From Marine group II euryarchaeote REDSEA-S11_B3N4 (lineage in GTDB: Archaea > Thermoplasmatota > Poseidoniia > Poseidoniales > Thalassarchaeaceae), in assembly GCA_001628485.1 (NCBI GenBank), contig LURR01000012.1, forward strand, positions 146,563-210,562: a DNA stretch of 64,000 bases, in the 5' to 3' direction. Positions within the stretch are counted from its first letter, which is position 1. Each line of letters starts with the position of its first letter. This document shows positions 17,159 to 26,367 of this stretch, piece by piece. The position numbers were made by a program, and so were the translations under genes. The notes beneath the pieces are model-generated. The model was given only the letters and a program-made list of their open reading frames with translations. It was not told the origin of the DNA and did no database searches.

Positions 17159-19944
17159 TTTTGACCCTCCGCATGCCTTCTTTCTGTATGCTTCCAAGCA
17201 CTACCTGCGAGTCTAGGAGACTTCAGATATTCCTCCTCAGGAGTTACTCTCACTGACCACCTAGGGTCAACTTCGTCCGGAGGAATTGTGGGGTCCAGAC
17301 CGAATAATGCACCATTGTGATAATCCGACCTACCCTCATCCAGTCTCCTATCCTTGTCCCTTATCCGATGTTCCTTAGCTCTGTTTTCTAGAACTCCTTG
17401 GAGAGATGAGTGTTGAAGGGATGGGCTAGGGAGATTATTCGGATCCGATACCTCTTCCTCTCTGCAACGCTTCTCGATCATTTTGTGCACCTTCTCTGGA
17501 GACATCGGTAACTCAGAGGTCCTGATCCCTATTGCATCGTAGACGGCGTTGCAAACAGAAGGCAGAATCGGAAGAAGAGGGCCTTCTCCGGCCTCTTTAG
17601 CTCCAAATGGACCCTCTGGATCGTTCGATTCCACTATTATGGGAATTACTTCCGGCATTTCGTGAATGCTCGGGATCTTGTAATCTAGGAGATCGGGATT
17701 CATCAGATTTCCACTTCTACCATATCTCATCTCTTCCGATAGAACTTGGCCCATGCCCATGTGGCAAGACCCGATTATCTGCCCCTTTACAGCCAATGGG
17801 TTCAGAGCCTTTCCACAGTCGTGAGCTGCCCATACCTTGTCAACTTTGATTTGACCAGTTTCCACATCGACAGAAACTTCTGTCACATAAGCAGAGAAAG
17901 AGTATGCTGGAGCTAGTCCAGCCGCTGCTCCCTTGTGCATTTTCCCCATAGGGGGGGTCCTGTATGCCCCAGAGGCGACTAAAGCTCCCCTGTCTTCTTG
18001 CGATTTGTGAAGAGCTTCGAGGTAGGATACCCCAACCGCTGGGTCCTTTTTTAGGAAGATTCTCCTATCCCCAATAATCAATCCGCTTCTTTCCGCCCCT
18101 GTGATTTCAACCGTAGCATCTAGCAACTCCTCCCTGATTTGCATGGCTGCCGAAATAGCCGCGTTGGCGTTCATGAAGGTCACTCTGGAGGAGTAAGAGC
18201 CCAAGTCCACCGGAGAGGTATCAGAATCTCTCGATTTCACTCTGATCATATCTAGCGGGAGCCCGAGTACCTCTGCCACGGATTGGGCTACGACTGTATC
18301 AGAACCTTGCCCTATGTCTGCGGCTCCTGTGTGGATTGTGACCCCGCCATCCATATCGATCTTCAGATGAACGGTTGCATGTGGGAACTTATTCGGATCC
18401 CAGTGGATGGGTAGGCCACTTCCTGAAATGAAGAAACCACATCCAATGCCGATTCCCTTCCCAAGAGGAAGTTTACGGAATTTTTTATTCCAGCCACTTT
18501 CTTCTCTAACCCTCTCTAGACATTCCCTCATCCCTATGCTTGTTACTCTGAATCCGGTAATTGTGGCCGAGTGCGGAGGGAGTAGATTCGCTAAACGCAA
18601 TGATATCGGGTCTACGCTCAACTTCTCCGCCAAGTCATCCAGGCCTACTTCTACTGCGCATCTAGAATTCACCGCTCCATGGCCCCGCATAGCCCCACTG
18701 GCAGGCTTGTTCGTCCAAACCCTGGCTCCAGTGTAGTGGAAAGCACCAATTTCGTAGGGAGCAGTGTGGAGGACCCCGTTGTAGTAGGTTGTCACGTGTC
18801 CGAAAGAGGCGAATGCCCCCCCATCTATCAGAGCATCAGTCTCGATTCCACATATTCTCCCTTCGTCATCAGCATGTAGGTTCATCTCAATCCGCGAAGG
18901 ATGGCGACCTCTATTTACCCAGTAAACCTCTTCTCTATCGAAAGTTATGCGAACAGGTTTTCCGGACTTTCTTGCGAGAATCGCAGCACACATTTCGTGT
19001 GGGAATGGGTCCGACTTTCCACCGAAACCTCCTCCAACAAAGGTCCTATGCACATTGATTTGATGCATTGGAATCTCCAATACATCAGCTAGCGCCCTGT
19101 GTACGTAGTGTGGAACCTGCTGGGGAGTATACAGCGTAAGCCTTCCAGTTGGGTCCCAGTGTGCCACTACTGCGTGTGGCTCAGTGAATGCGTGGTTAAC
19201 TCCGGCGAAAATCCAATTCTTTTTATGGCTAGCAACAGAGTTTTCTATCATTCCTTCTACGTCTCCGAATTCTTGGAAAACCCTCTTTTGGACGTTTGAC
19301 TCTCCTATGTGGTAGTCCCCTCTGTCATGTATGGGCTCTCCACTGTCTTCGAGCCCTTCCCTCATGTCATGAATCGGATCAATCAACTCATACTCCACTT
19401 GGATCAGCCTCTCCGCCTCCCTAGCCGTAGCCTCGTCAATTGCTGCAACGCATGCAACAAGATCGCCTGCATGCCGAACCTTCTCTACAGCCATCGCGTG
19501 CTCGTCCTTTGTCACAGGTAGAACTCCGAACCTATTCTTCGCATCATCGCCGGTTGCAACTGCAACTACACCGGGCAACTCTAGGGCCTTAGTGCAATCA
19601 ATAGATAGAACTCTGGCATAGTGATGAGGCGAACGAACAATCCGTCCAATCAACTCTCCAGGTAGCCTGACATCGTCTCCGTAATGCGCTTGCCCCGTTA
19701 CCTTCCAAGAACTATCCACAAGCGCAGTAGATTTGCCAACCACTCTACCACTAATGAGTTCGTCGTGCCTATGTGGGCCCCATTCCTGAGCAAGCTTCCC
19801 TCCCTGGGATTCAGGAATCATTTCTTGATCCGTAGACTCTGAGAATTTTCCTTTCCCTCCAGACCCAGGTCTGGAAAAGGGGAGTTTTCCGGGTTGTTGC
19901 CTATACCCCACTATCTCCTTAGGAGCATCCTCTTTTTCAGACAT
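17155..19944 (-). CDS. Xanthine dehydrogenase-family molybdopterin-binding subunit, HcrA-like
   Basis: KVTG...RSPHHYAR, VGGGFGGK, GAMRGHG, TGAADIGQGS, GSYSSRVTFM and GPFGAKEAGEG motifs. Confidence 0.92.
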   Translation of the reverse strand: MSEKEDAPKEIVGYRQQPGKLPFSRPGSGGKGKFSESTDQEMIPESQGGKLAQEWGPHRHDELISGRVVGKSTALVDSSWKVTGQAHYGDDVRLPGELIGRIVRSPHHYARVLSIDCTKALELPGVVAVATGDDAKNRFGVLPVTKDEHAMAVEKVRHAGDLVACVAAIDEATAREAERLIQVEYELIDPIHDMREGLEDSGEPIHDRGDYHIGESNVQKRVFQEFGDVEGMIENSVASHKKNWIFAGVNHAFTEPHAVVAHWDPTGRLTLYTPQQVPHYVHRALADVLEIPMHQINVHRTFVGGGFGGKSDPFPHEMCAAILARKSGKPVRITFDREEVYWVNRGRHPSRIEMNLHADDEGRICGIETDALIDGGAFASFGHVTTYYNGVLHTAPYEIGAFHYTGARVWTNKPASGAMRGHGAVNSRCAVEVGLDDLAEKLSVDPISLRLANLLPPHSATITGFRVTSIGMRECLERVREESGWNKKFRKLPLGKGIGIGCGFFISGSGLPIHWDPNKFPHATVHLKIDMDGGVTIHTGAADIGQGSDTVVAQSVAEVLGLPLDMIRVKSRDSDTSPVDLGSYSSRVTFMNANAAISAAMQIREELLDATVEITGAERSGLIIGDRRIFLKKDPAVGVSYLEALHKSQEDRGALVASGAYRTPPMGKMHKGAAAGLAPAYSFSAYVTEVSVDVETGQIKVDKVWAAHDCGKALNPLAVKGQIIGSCHMGMGQVLSEEMRYGRSGNLMNPDLLDYKIPSIHEMPEVIPIIVESNDPEGPFGAKEAGEGPLLPILPSVCNAVYDAIGIRTSELPMSPEKVHKMIEKRCREEEVSDPNNLPSPSLQHSSLQGVLENRAKEHRIRDKDRRLDEGRSDYHNGALFGLDPTIPPDEVDPRWSVRVTPEEEYLKSPRLAGSAWKHTERRHAEGQK

Positions 19945-20493
19945 CTAATCTCCCCCGAAACCTGGATGAGGGTCACTCTTTGATAGGGTCGAGTCGCTCA
20001 CTGCTTGGCCCGAGACTAGGATATCCGAAGCGGCTTTGACTGAGTCAACTATCTGCTGGAATCCAGTACAACGACATAGGTTGCCCTCTATTGCTTGCTT
20101 TATCTCCTGGTCGTTAGGTTTGCTGTTTTCAGACAGTAATGCCGAAATTACCACCAAGAAACCGGGCGTGCAGAACCCGCATTGACTGCCACCACACTCC
20201 GCGAATGTCTGCTGTATCGGATGGAGATGATGACCATCAGCTAATCCTTCTACTGTTGTGATATCGGCTTGCTCAGTATCTACAGCTAGAGTAAGACAAG
20301 ACAACCTCGGCTCTCCATTGATTAGTACAGAACAGCATCCACATGTCCCCATATCGCATCCACGTTTGGTCCCGAGGCTCCCGACACGGTCCCTAAGCAC
20401 GTCAAGAAGAATCGCATTGCTCTCAATAATTATGGATACTTCTTCGTCATTTACTTTGGCATTCCACTCAACCCCATCGGAAGGGGGTAGCAT
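19945..20493 (-). CDS. Mo-hydroxylase 2x[2Fe-2S] subunit (HcrC/CoxS-like)
   Basis: GTKRGCDMGTCGCCSV, SCL, QCGFCTPG and GNLCRCTG motifs. Start is uncertain (in-frame ATGs up to 20577). Confidence 0.92.
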   Translation of the reverse strand: MLPPSDGVEWNAKVNDEEVSIIIESNAILLDVLRDRVGSLGTKRGCDMGTCGCCSVLINGEPRLSCLTLAVDTEQADITTVEGLADGHHLHPIQQTFAECGGSQCGFCTPGFLVVISALLSENSKPNDQEIKQAIEGNLCRCTGFQQIVDSVKAASDILVSGQAVSDSTLSKSDPHPGFGGD

Positions 20494-20563
20494 AGGTAGC
20501 CGGAACTGCACCACATTACGACCAATCGAACCCATCCTTTGAGCATTCGGTTCCCCGTGATGT

Positions 20564-21208
20564 CTATTGGAAATCATTGACGGCTCTTTTTAGAACCTCA
20601 GACTCGGCCCTCTTCAGATGCTCTCCTGTGGTGCTTCTTGCTATTCCAAGCTCATCAGCGAGTTGCTTCAATGTTACCTCTGCTCCATCTTCGTAGTATC
20701 CTCTATTCACAGCCAGTTCTAGCACTTCTCTCTGCTTTTCTGTTAGGAAATCGAGATCCTTAGAAGATCCGTTCTTCACTGTCTGTACACTAATTGTGTC
20801 TGGTGGCATTACTTCTCTGACTAACTCCAAGAAACTTCGTATGGAGCTTGAAATCCCGAAGATTCTGAACTCCAGGCCGCTCTTAGAATCGATTCCGTAG
20901 GGGGGGTAAACATAGATGTTCGACAACTCTAACGCAGAAAGTGCTAGAGGGTGAGTGCAACGAATGCTAACTAACACGCCGCGCTCATCCTCTTCATGCG
21001 TTTCAATAACATCAAAACTCTCCAAATCCGAGATTTCAGATAGACGCCGTCCTCTGTTAATCCCCAATTCTACCAGTTGGGTAACTCCTTCCTTATCGGT
21101 AGAAAGGTGACCAAGAACCTCTATCCTATGACAAATTTCCATCAGTTTGTCGATCTCATCTATCCCGGAAAGAGAGGAAACCTTCCACCTAAGGAGAACC
21201 TTCCTCAT
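20564..21208 (-). CDS. HTH-10 (bacterio-opsin activator-type) transcriptional regulator
   Basis: C-terminal LTEKQREVLELAVNRGYY...TLKQLADELGIARST..EHLKRAE. Confidence 0.9.
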   Translation of the reverse strand: MRKVLLRWKVSSLSGIDEIDKLMEICHRIEVLGHLSTDKEGVTQLVELGINRGRRLSEISDLESFDVIETHEEDERGVLVSIRCTHPLALSALELSNIYVYPPYGIDSKSGLEFRIFGISSSIRSFLELVREVMPPDTISVQTVKNGSSKDLDFLTEKQREVLELAVNRGYYEDGAEVTLKQLADELGIARSTTGEHLKRAESEVLKRAVNDFQ

Positions 21209-21244
21209 AGTCTTGGAATCTCTTCTTAATATTTAGAGAACACC

Positions 21245-22459
21245 CTAGTTCCAATATGCTTCCCTAATCTCCTGATTGGACTCCATACAGAGTTCCACAT
21301 CGAAGGGCCTCTGGGCCATCGAACTGCTCCCATTCAGGTGCTCAATGATTGGGAGGACATTGCTTTCGTTCACTACTCCCCATCCAACCTGTGTGCATGG
21401 CGCCATAGGCGAAATTGGAGTTGTTCCCGAAAGTGGGTCCCAACTGGAAAATGAGGGATACCATGCTGAGAGGTTCAAAGCATCTCTGATGTCATCGTTG
21501 GTGAGCGTGAAATTCGATCCGTTCACTATTAGCCCCATCCTATCTATGGGGTCTGCACCTGAGGAAAAATCCCCGAATTCCGATCTTAGAGAGACGAGTA
21601 CTTTGGAGAGCAGTCCTGCGGTCCTTGGCGTTGCAAACGAGGTCCCTGAAGTCTGATGATACCCGTCAATATCGTCATGGTTGGGAAGCATTTGAGTCCA
21701 GTCGGCGGCTATATCGGGGTAAGAACCGCTCATGGTCTCTTTCTGATCGTCATCCTCTTCAGCATAACCCGAAACCCCAATGCTCCACGGAGGTCCGGCC
21801 GTTGAGTCTTGAATGGCAGGAGAAGGAGAGTTATCTGCAGCACCAGTGTGAATCTTCTTTTCTTCAACAACTGCGACTTTCGTGGCATCCTCAATTCCAG
21901 GGACCGGCACCGAAAGTATGGGTCCAAAGCTAGTTGTGATCAAATCCACCAGAGGTTGGTTCGCAGCAGCAAGAACAGCTGCATCACTGAAACCCTCGAC
22001 GAAGAAAATCACCGCTTCCGGGTTCGCGTCAATAACCGCACCTGTTACTGCGGTACCATGCCCATCGCTAGGATCGTCGAGGATTGGTATGTCCGTATTG
22101 TCATCGGGAGTAGTGCCAATTATTCTCGAACCCTTGAACCATACAATGTCGCCGGAACCAATCACGTCCCAGCAATCTTCCCTATCCGATTCGTAGCGCT
22201 CTTCCCAAGTTCCGTTTTTGCTAATTTCACAAACCTTGTTTACTCCTAGTTGATCCAGCAGCCACTGCGGGTAAGACTCGTTCATTGAGAAGTGATTATG
22301 ATACACGTTAATCCCGGTATCGATCGGAGCTACGACACTGAAAGCCCCGAAAGAGTCGTCTACTACGGCAACGTCTTCCTTCTCCTCACTCCCTCCCATA
22401 CATCCGACTAAGCTCGCGGAAATGACCAATATGGAAGTCAGAGCCGACAGAACCTTCAT
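21245..22459 (-). CDS. S8 (subtilisin-like) serine peptidase, lipoprotein
   Basis: Lipobox LVGC; catalytic triad motifs IDTG, GHGT and SGTSFATP. Confidence 0.85.
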   Translation of the reverse strand: MKVLSALTSILVISASLVGCMGGSEEKEDVAVVDDSFGAFSVVAPIDTGINVYHNHFSMNESYPQWLLDQLGVNKVCEISKNGTWEERYESDREDCWDVIGSGDIVWFKGSRIIGTTPDDNTDIPILDDPSDGHGTAVTGAVIDANPEAVIFFVEGFSDAAVLAAANQPLVDLITTSFGPILSVPVPGIEDATKVAVVEEKKIHTGAADNSPSPAIQDSTAGPPWSIGVSGYAEEDDDQKETMSGSYPDIAADWTQMLPNHDDIDGYHQTSGTSFATPRTAGLLSKVLVSLRSEFGDFSSGADPIDRMGLIVNGSNFTLTNDDIRDALNLSAWYPSFSSWDPLSGTTPISPMAPCTQVGWGVVNESNVLPIIEHLNGSSSMAQRPFDVELCMESNQEIREAYWN

Positions 22460-22490
22460 GACTCCCCGAATTTAACACCCAATTTGATAC

Positions 22491-23330
22491 TTAGGTAGCC
22501 CCGTTCTTCCTTTCAAGAGATAGAACTTCTGCACAAACTGCAATTGCAATTTCTTCCGGAGTATCTGCCCCTATATCGAGGCCAATAGGGCACCTTACCG
22601 AGTCTATCAGCCACTTCTCCACCCCACTTTCAATAGCCTTCTTCTCGAAAGCTGACCATTTCTTCTTCGATCCGATAGCCCCAATACGAGGCCTACTTCC
22701 TGCTCTGCGTAATTGTAGTAATCCGACCAGCATCTCTTCATCAACCGACCAATCATGACTCAACAGTAGAATGTCTGAAAAACGAGCCAAAGAATCCTCA
22801 CTTTCGCCCTTGAGAAAATCGTCGACAGATGAACAGAAATTCCCCTCAGAGTTTGGATAACGCTTTTGGTTGCAATATTCCTCTCTGATATCGAATACGC
22901 TATACGGCCATTCCAGAGAATCACACACCCTTGAAATCGAGAGACCAACGTGTCCCCCGCCCGCAATCAAGATGTGAGGTCGCGGGGTAATCACTTCCAT
23001 AGCTACTGTCACCCGTCCCCCGCATAGACTGTCGAGGGCAGATGCCTCTTTTCCTTTGCCATCTCTATTTAGAAGGAATTCCTCAACTTCACCTCCTTTT
23101 TTTCTTAGGTCAGACAAATCCCGGAACAGAATTTCTTGAAGCTCCTTCTCCACCGTTAACTCCAATCCTGCTCCACCGATAGTTCCGAACTTTTCACCCG
23201 AGGAGCTGATCGCTAGCCTCGCTCCTGGTTTCCCAGGAACGCTCCCGCTAGCCCTGACCACCGATGCAATGGCGACTCTTTCTCCAGCCTCTACCCTCTT
23301 GATGGCCCAGTTTAGGACTGCGACGGTCAC
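22491..23330 (-). CDS. xdhC: XdhC/CoxI family Moco insertion chaperone
   Basis: GSVPGKPGA, GTIGGA, CGG, GGGHV, GAIGS and CPIGLDIGADTPEEIAIA motifs. Confidence 0.92.
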   Translation of the reverse strand: MTVAVLNWAIKRVEAGERVAIASVVRASGSVPGKPGARLAISSSGEKFGTIGGAGLELTVEKELQEILFRDLSDLRKKGGEVEEFLLNRDGKGKEASALDSLCGGRVTVAMEVITPRPHILIAGGGHVGLSISRVCDSLEWPYSVFDIREEYCNQKRYPNSEGNFCSSVDDFLKGESEDSLARFSDILLLSHDWSVDEEMLVGLLQLRRAGSRPRIGAIGSKKKWSAFEKKAIESGVEKWLIDSVRCPIGLDIGADTPEEIAIAVCAEVLSLERKNGAT

Positions 23331-23398
23331 AAAGACCCGTCGGGGTGTCGACCTTTGGAGTTGTGTAGATGTTCAGATACGTTCGAGTACCCTCGGGA

Positions 23399-24607
23399 TT
23401 AGAAAGATACGTCCAGAATCATTAGCGCTAGCCCCAAAATTAGGGCAGGAATAGTTGTATGTAGCGTGGCCCAGAGGCTAGCTAGCCTGTGTCTAACTAA
23501 AAGTGGAAAAAGAGCATCTCCGTCTTGGCTAATCGCATTCGCAGCCAAAGCCGGGAATGAGATCAGGTCCTTTGTGTAGGCGGTAATGGCAATAATCTGA
23601 GGTCCGCAACCGGGTATTAATCCAATGAAAGAAGCGACTACAACCGCAATAATCCCATCACCATACTTGGCTAAGTCTGCTTCGTTGGTCCCCGAGAATA
23701 ACATGGTAAACTCGAAAATCAGGTAAGCAGACATGACCCAGAACGTGACAAATGCAGTTTCACTTGCAGAGTGTATTAATGTCTCTCTCATCGAATAGAG
23801 TTTGTCCCCAATAGAAGCTTCTGTATCGTCACGAATCCAGGTTTTCTGAGACAGATACAGGATTATTGACAAAGTTGTACCTATCAAACCTATCCAAGTT
23901 ATGAAACCATGCAACGTAAATGGGTTATATTTTATCGAAAGCTCAAAATCAGGGTCTTGAGAACTCCAAAAAAGTAACAATACTGCGAATACCAATCCAA
24001 TTGAGGTAACTATCCACCACAGGGTGTAACCTTGGTGAAGAAGGAAATAACCCGGGCCGCTTTCCTCCTCTCTTCCAAGATCATCAAAGACTGTTTGCTT
24101 ATCTTCCGAATCCCCTAATTTGGATATTTCCTGATCCTTCGCCGGCTCGGAACTATGTAACAATCCGCCCAAAGGGCTCTGTGGAGTGATACTCATTCCA
24201 TCTATTAGGTAGCCCCATGTAACTCCTGTCACGAAGGAGATGACATGTACCGCAACTGCGGGAGCCACGAAAGAGGAGTCAGTGAGAGCAGCACCAATCA
24301 AGACGAACGCAGCATCCCCGAGGGTTGCGATCAGAGTGGCTATTACGGTTCCATAGCTGACGAAGCCCCTAGTGTACATTGGCATTATTACAATGGCTCC
24401 GCCACAACCAGGAGTGATGCCCATAATGGCACCGATCACAGGCTGCCATCGCCTTTTCGTTCGAATCACGTCTACAAACCTTCCAGCGGTAACGTACTGC
24501 AACCAACTGAACAGCAGAACCATCGAAGCAACAAATACGGTCACGGCTAGAAAGGCATCTCGCATGCTCACAACTACCACTTCGATTACTTCAGCAGAGG
24601 TTGGCAT
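23399..24607 (-). CDS. Putative manganese/heavy-metal transporter (DUF2899 family)
   Basis: Duplicated PGCG motifs (GITPGCGGA, GLIPGCGPQI), ATLGDAAF and NAISQDGDALFP. ATG 24607 preferred. Confidence 0.85.
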   Translation of the reverse strand: MPTSAEVIEVVVVSMRDAFLAVTVFVASMVLLFSWLQYVTAGRFVDVIRTKRRWQPVIGAIMGITPGCGGAIVIMPMYTRGFVSYGTVIATLIATLGDAAFVLIGAALTDSSFVAPAVAVHVISFVTGVTWGYLIDGMSITPQSPLGGLLHSSEPAKDQEISKLGDSEDKQTVFDDLGREEESGPGYFLLHQGYTLWWIVTSIGLVFAVLLLFWSSQDPDFELSIKYNPFTLHGFITWIGLIGTTLSIILYLSQKTWIRDDTEASIGDKLYSMRETLIHSASETAFVTFWVMSAYLIFEFTMLFSGTNEADLAKYGDGIIAVVVASFIGLIPGCGPQIIAITAYTKDLISFPALAANAISQDGDALFPLLVRHRLASLWATLHTTIPALILGLALMILDVSF

Positions 24608-24749
24608 CACACATTCCACTCCAAGTTTGTATAAATCATTTGACATCTTAGCAAGGAGGAATACGATACTCCATTTTCCCGATTTTGAAATACGACTCAT
24701 CAAACTCAATCAGTTCAGAATCCAGGATTAGAAATGGGTAATTTCTGGT

Positions 24750-25346
24750 CTATTCATTGACCAATTTCAGTTTCTCTTGAAGATTAATTATATCCTCTGG
24801 GGTATCTATGTTCAGTTCTAGAAATCTGTCTAGAACCTCGAATCTACTTGTCTCGATTACTTCCCTCAATGGTGAATTTGCCGGACTATTTCTTACCTTG
24901 TCGACATCTTCGAAAGTCAGCACTAGGGGGTGACCGCCCCTGCCTTCCTTCATAGGACAGCAGGTCTCTTCTGAACAAATTAGACGATCCAGCGTGGAAT
25001 CTGAGAATCCCGGTCGATCTACTGGAACAACAAGCAATCTGTAATTGTTTAACCCCGAGGAATCAATACTTTCAATCCCCACTTTCAGAGAGCCTGTTCT
25101 CCCTTCATGTGGATTCCGGTTTAGAATTACATTCACATCGCTCACAGTTTTGGAAATTTCCGCAAAATTTGACTCATTTGCAACTATGGTGATATTTGCC
25201 AACCGACTCGATAATCTTCTTGAAATCCAACTGATGAGTGTCTGAGAACCGACATCAACCAATGCCTTATCCATGCCAAGCCTACTGCTTGAACCAGCCG
25301 CGAGAATCACGCACTCCACACTATCGCTCCTAAAACTCATTAGCAT
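24750..25346 (-). CDS. mocA: MobA/MocA-like nucleotidyltransferase (probable Moco cytidylyltransferase)
   Basis: ILAAGSSSRLG-x-x-KAL, PVDRP, GGHP and NIDTPED motifs; context of an XDH-family enzyme. Confidence 0.75.
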   Translation of the reverse strand: MLMSFRSDSVECVILAAGSSSRLGMDKALVDVGSQTLISWISRRLSSRLANITIVANESNFAEISKTVSDVNVILNRNPHEGRTGSLKVGIESIDSSGLNNYRLLVVPVDRPGFSDSTLDRLICSEETCCPMKEGRGGHPLVLTFEDVDKVRNSPANSPLREVIETSRFEVLDRFLELNIDTPEDIINLQEKLKLVNE

Positions 25347-25352
25347 ATCTCG

Positions 25353-26312
25353 CTAAAATAATCCGTCTAGGAAACCACCGAGATATGTCATGTAGAATAG
25401 GTAAGTTATGATCATCATAGTTCCAATATTTTTGGTGAACTCCTTTCCAGATATGAGCATCCATACCACGAATCCCGATGTTGCCATTACCACTAATATG
25501 TCCCTCTGAAACTCTACATCGACAGGAATCCCACTCCCAACAATACTCGCTATCCCAATTATCCCCATGATGTTCATAACATTGGAACCTAGTACGTTTC
25601 CTACGGCAACCCCTCCTTGCCCCCTAATCCCAGCTACTAGTGTAACAGCCAGTTCGGGCAATGAAGTCCCCAGTGCTACCACGGTCAGACCAATAACGGC
25701 CTCCGAGACCCCGAAAGTCTCAGCAATACCAGTTGATCCAATTACAAGTAACTCAGCACCATACCATATCATCCCACCACCAATGACACAGAAGGGGATA
25801 GCAATGGACATTTTGTTTGGTAGCCATGAGTCTTCGAACTCATACTCATCTTCCGCCGATATTGCAACTGTGTAGGTGTAGTAGTAGTAAATTATCAGAC
25901 ATGTCAACATCACGACGCCCCCTAGAAGGGGAACTTCTCCAAAATAAACGAATATTGCCATGAAGAGAGTGGCTACCATTACTGCCATCGCATCCCTGTT
26001 TACCCCTTTTTCTACGTCAGATTTTGCCCCTAAGACAGCTGCAGCACCCAAGACCAACATCACGTTTGCGACGTTAGAACCTAGGACTCCTCCAACTGCA
26101 ATATTTGGTACGCCACTATCAATAGCCTCAATCGCAACAGCCAGTTCGGGTAGTGATGTTCCAATTGCTACGACTGTGAATCCCACTACCAGGGGGGATA
26201 CGCTTAGGATCTGGGATATCCTTGTAGCTCCTTGAACAAGAGCCTCCCCTCCGAACATTAGCAAAGCAAAACCGATTAGGACGAAACCAACGTCAACTAC
26301 GACCTCATCCAT
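25353..26312 (-). CDS. Calcium/sodium antiporter (YrbG/CaCA family)
   Basis: Two alpha-repeats, GTSLPEL...GSNV. Confidence 0.93.
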   Translation of the reverse strand: MDEVVVDVGFVLIGFALLMFGGEALVQGATRISQILSVSPLVVGFTVVAIGTSLPELAVAIEAIDSGVPNIAVGGVLGSNVANVMLVLGAAAVLGAKSDVEKGVNRDAMAVMVATLFMAIFVYFGEVPLLGGVVMLTCLIIYYYYTYTVAISAEDEYEFEDSWLPNKMSIAIPFCVIGGGMIWYGAELLVIGSTGIAETFGVSEAVIGLTVVALGTSLPELAVTLVAGIRGQGGVAVGNVLGSNVMNIMGIIGIASIVGSGIPVDVEFQRDILVVMATSGFVVWMLISGKEFTKNIGTMMIITYLFYMTYLGGFLDGLF

Positions 26313-26367
26313 ATTCTAGTCCTGAGACATTTCACAATTTACTCTTTTCCAGACATTTCGTTGGATT

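Noticed and set aside
17155-19944. Aerobic CO dehydrogenase (CoxL) assignment
   Set aside because: The active-site loop is AMRGHG, not AYXCSFR (form I) or AYXGAGR (form II).
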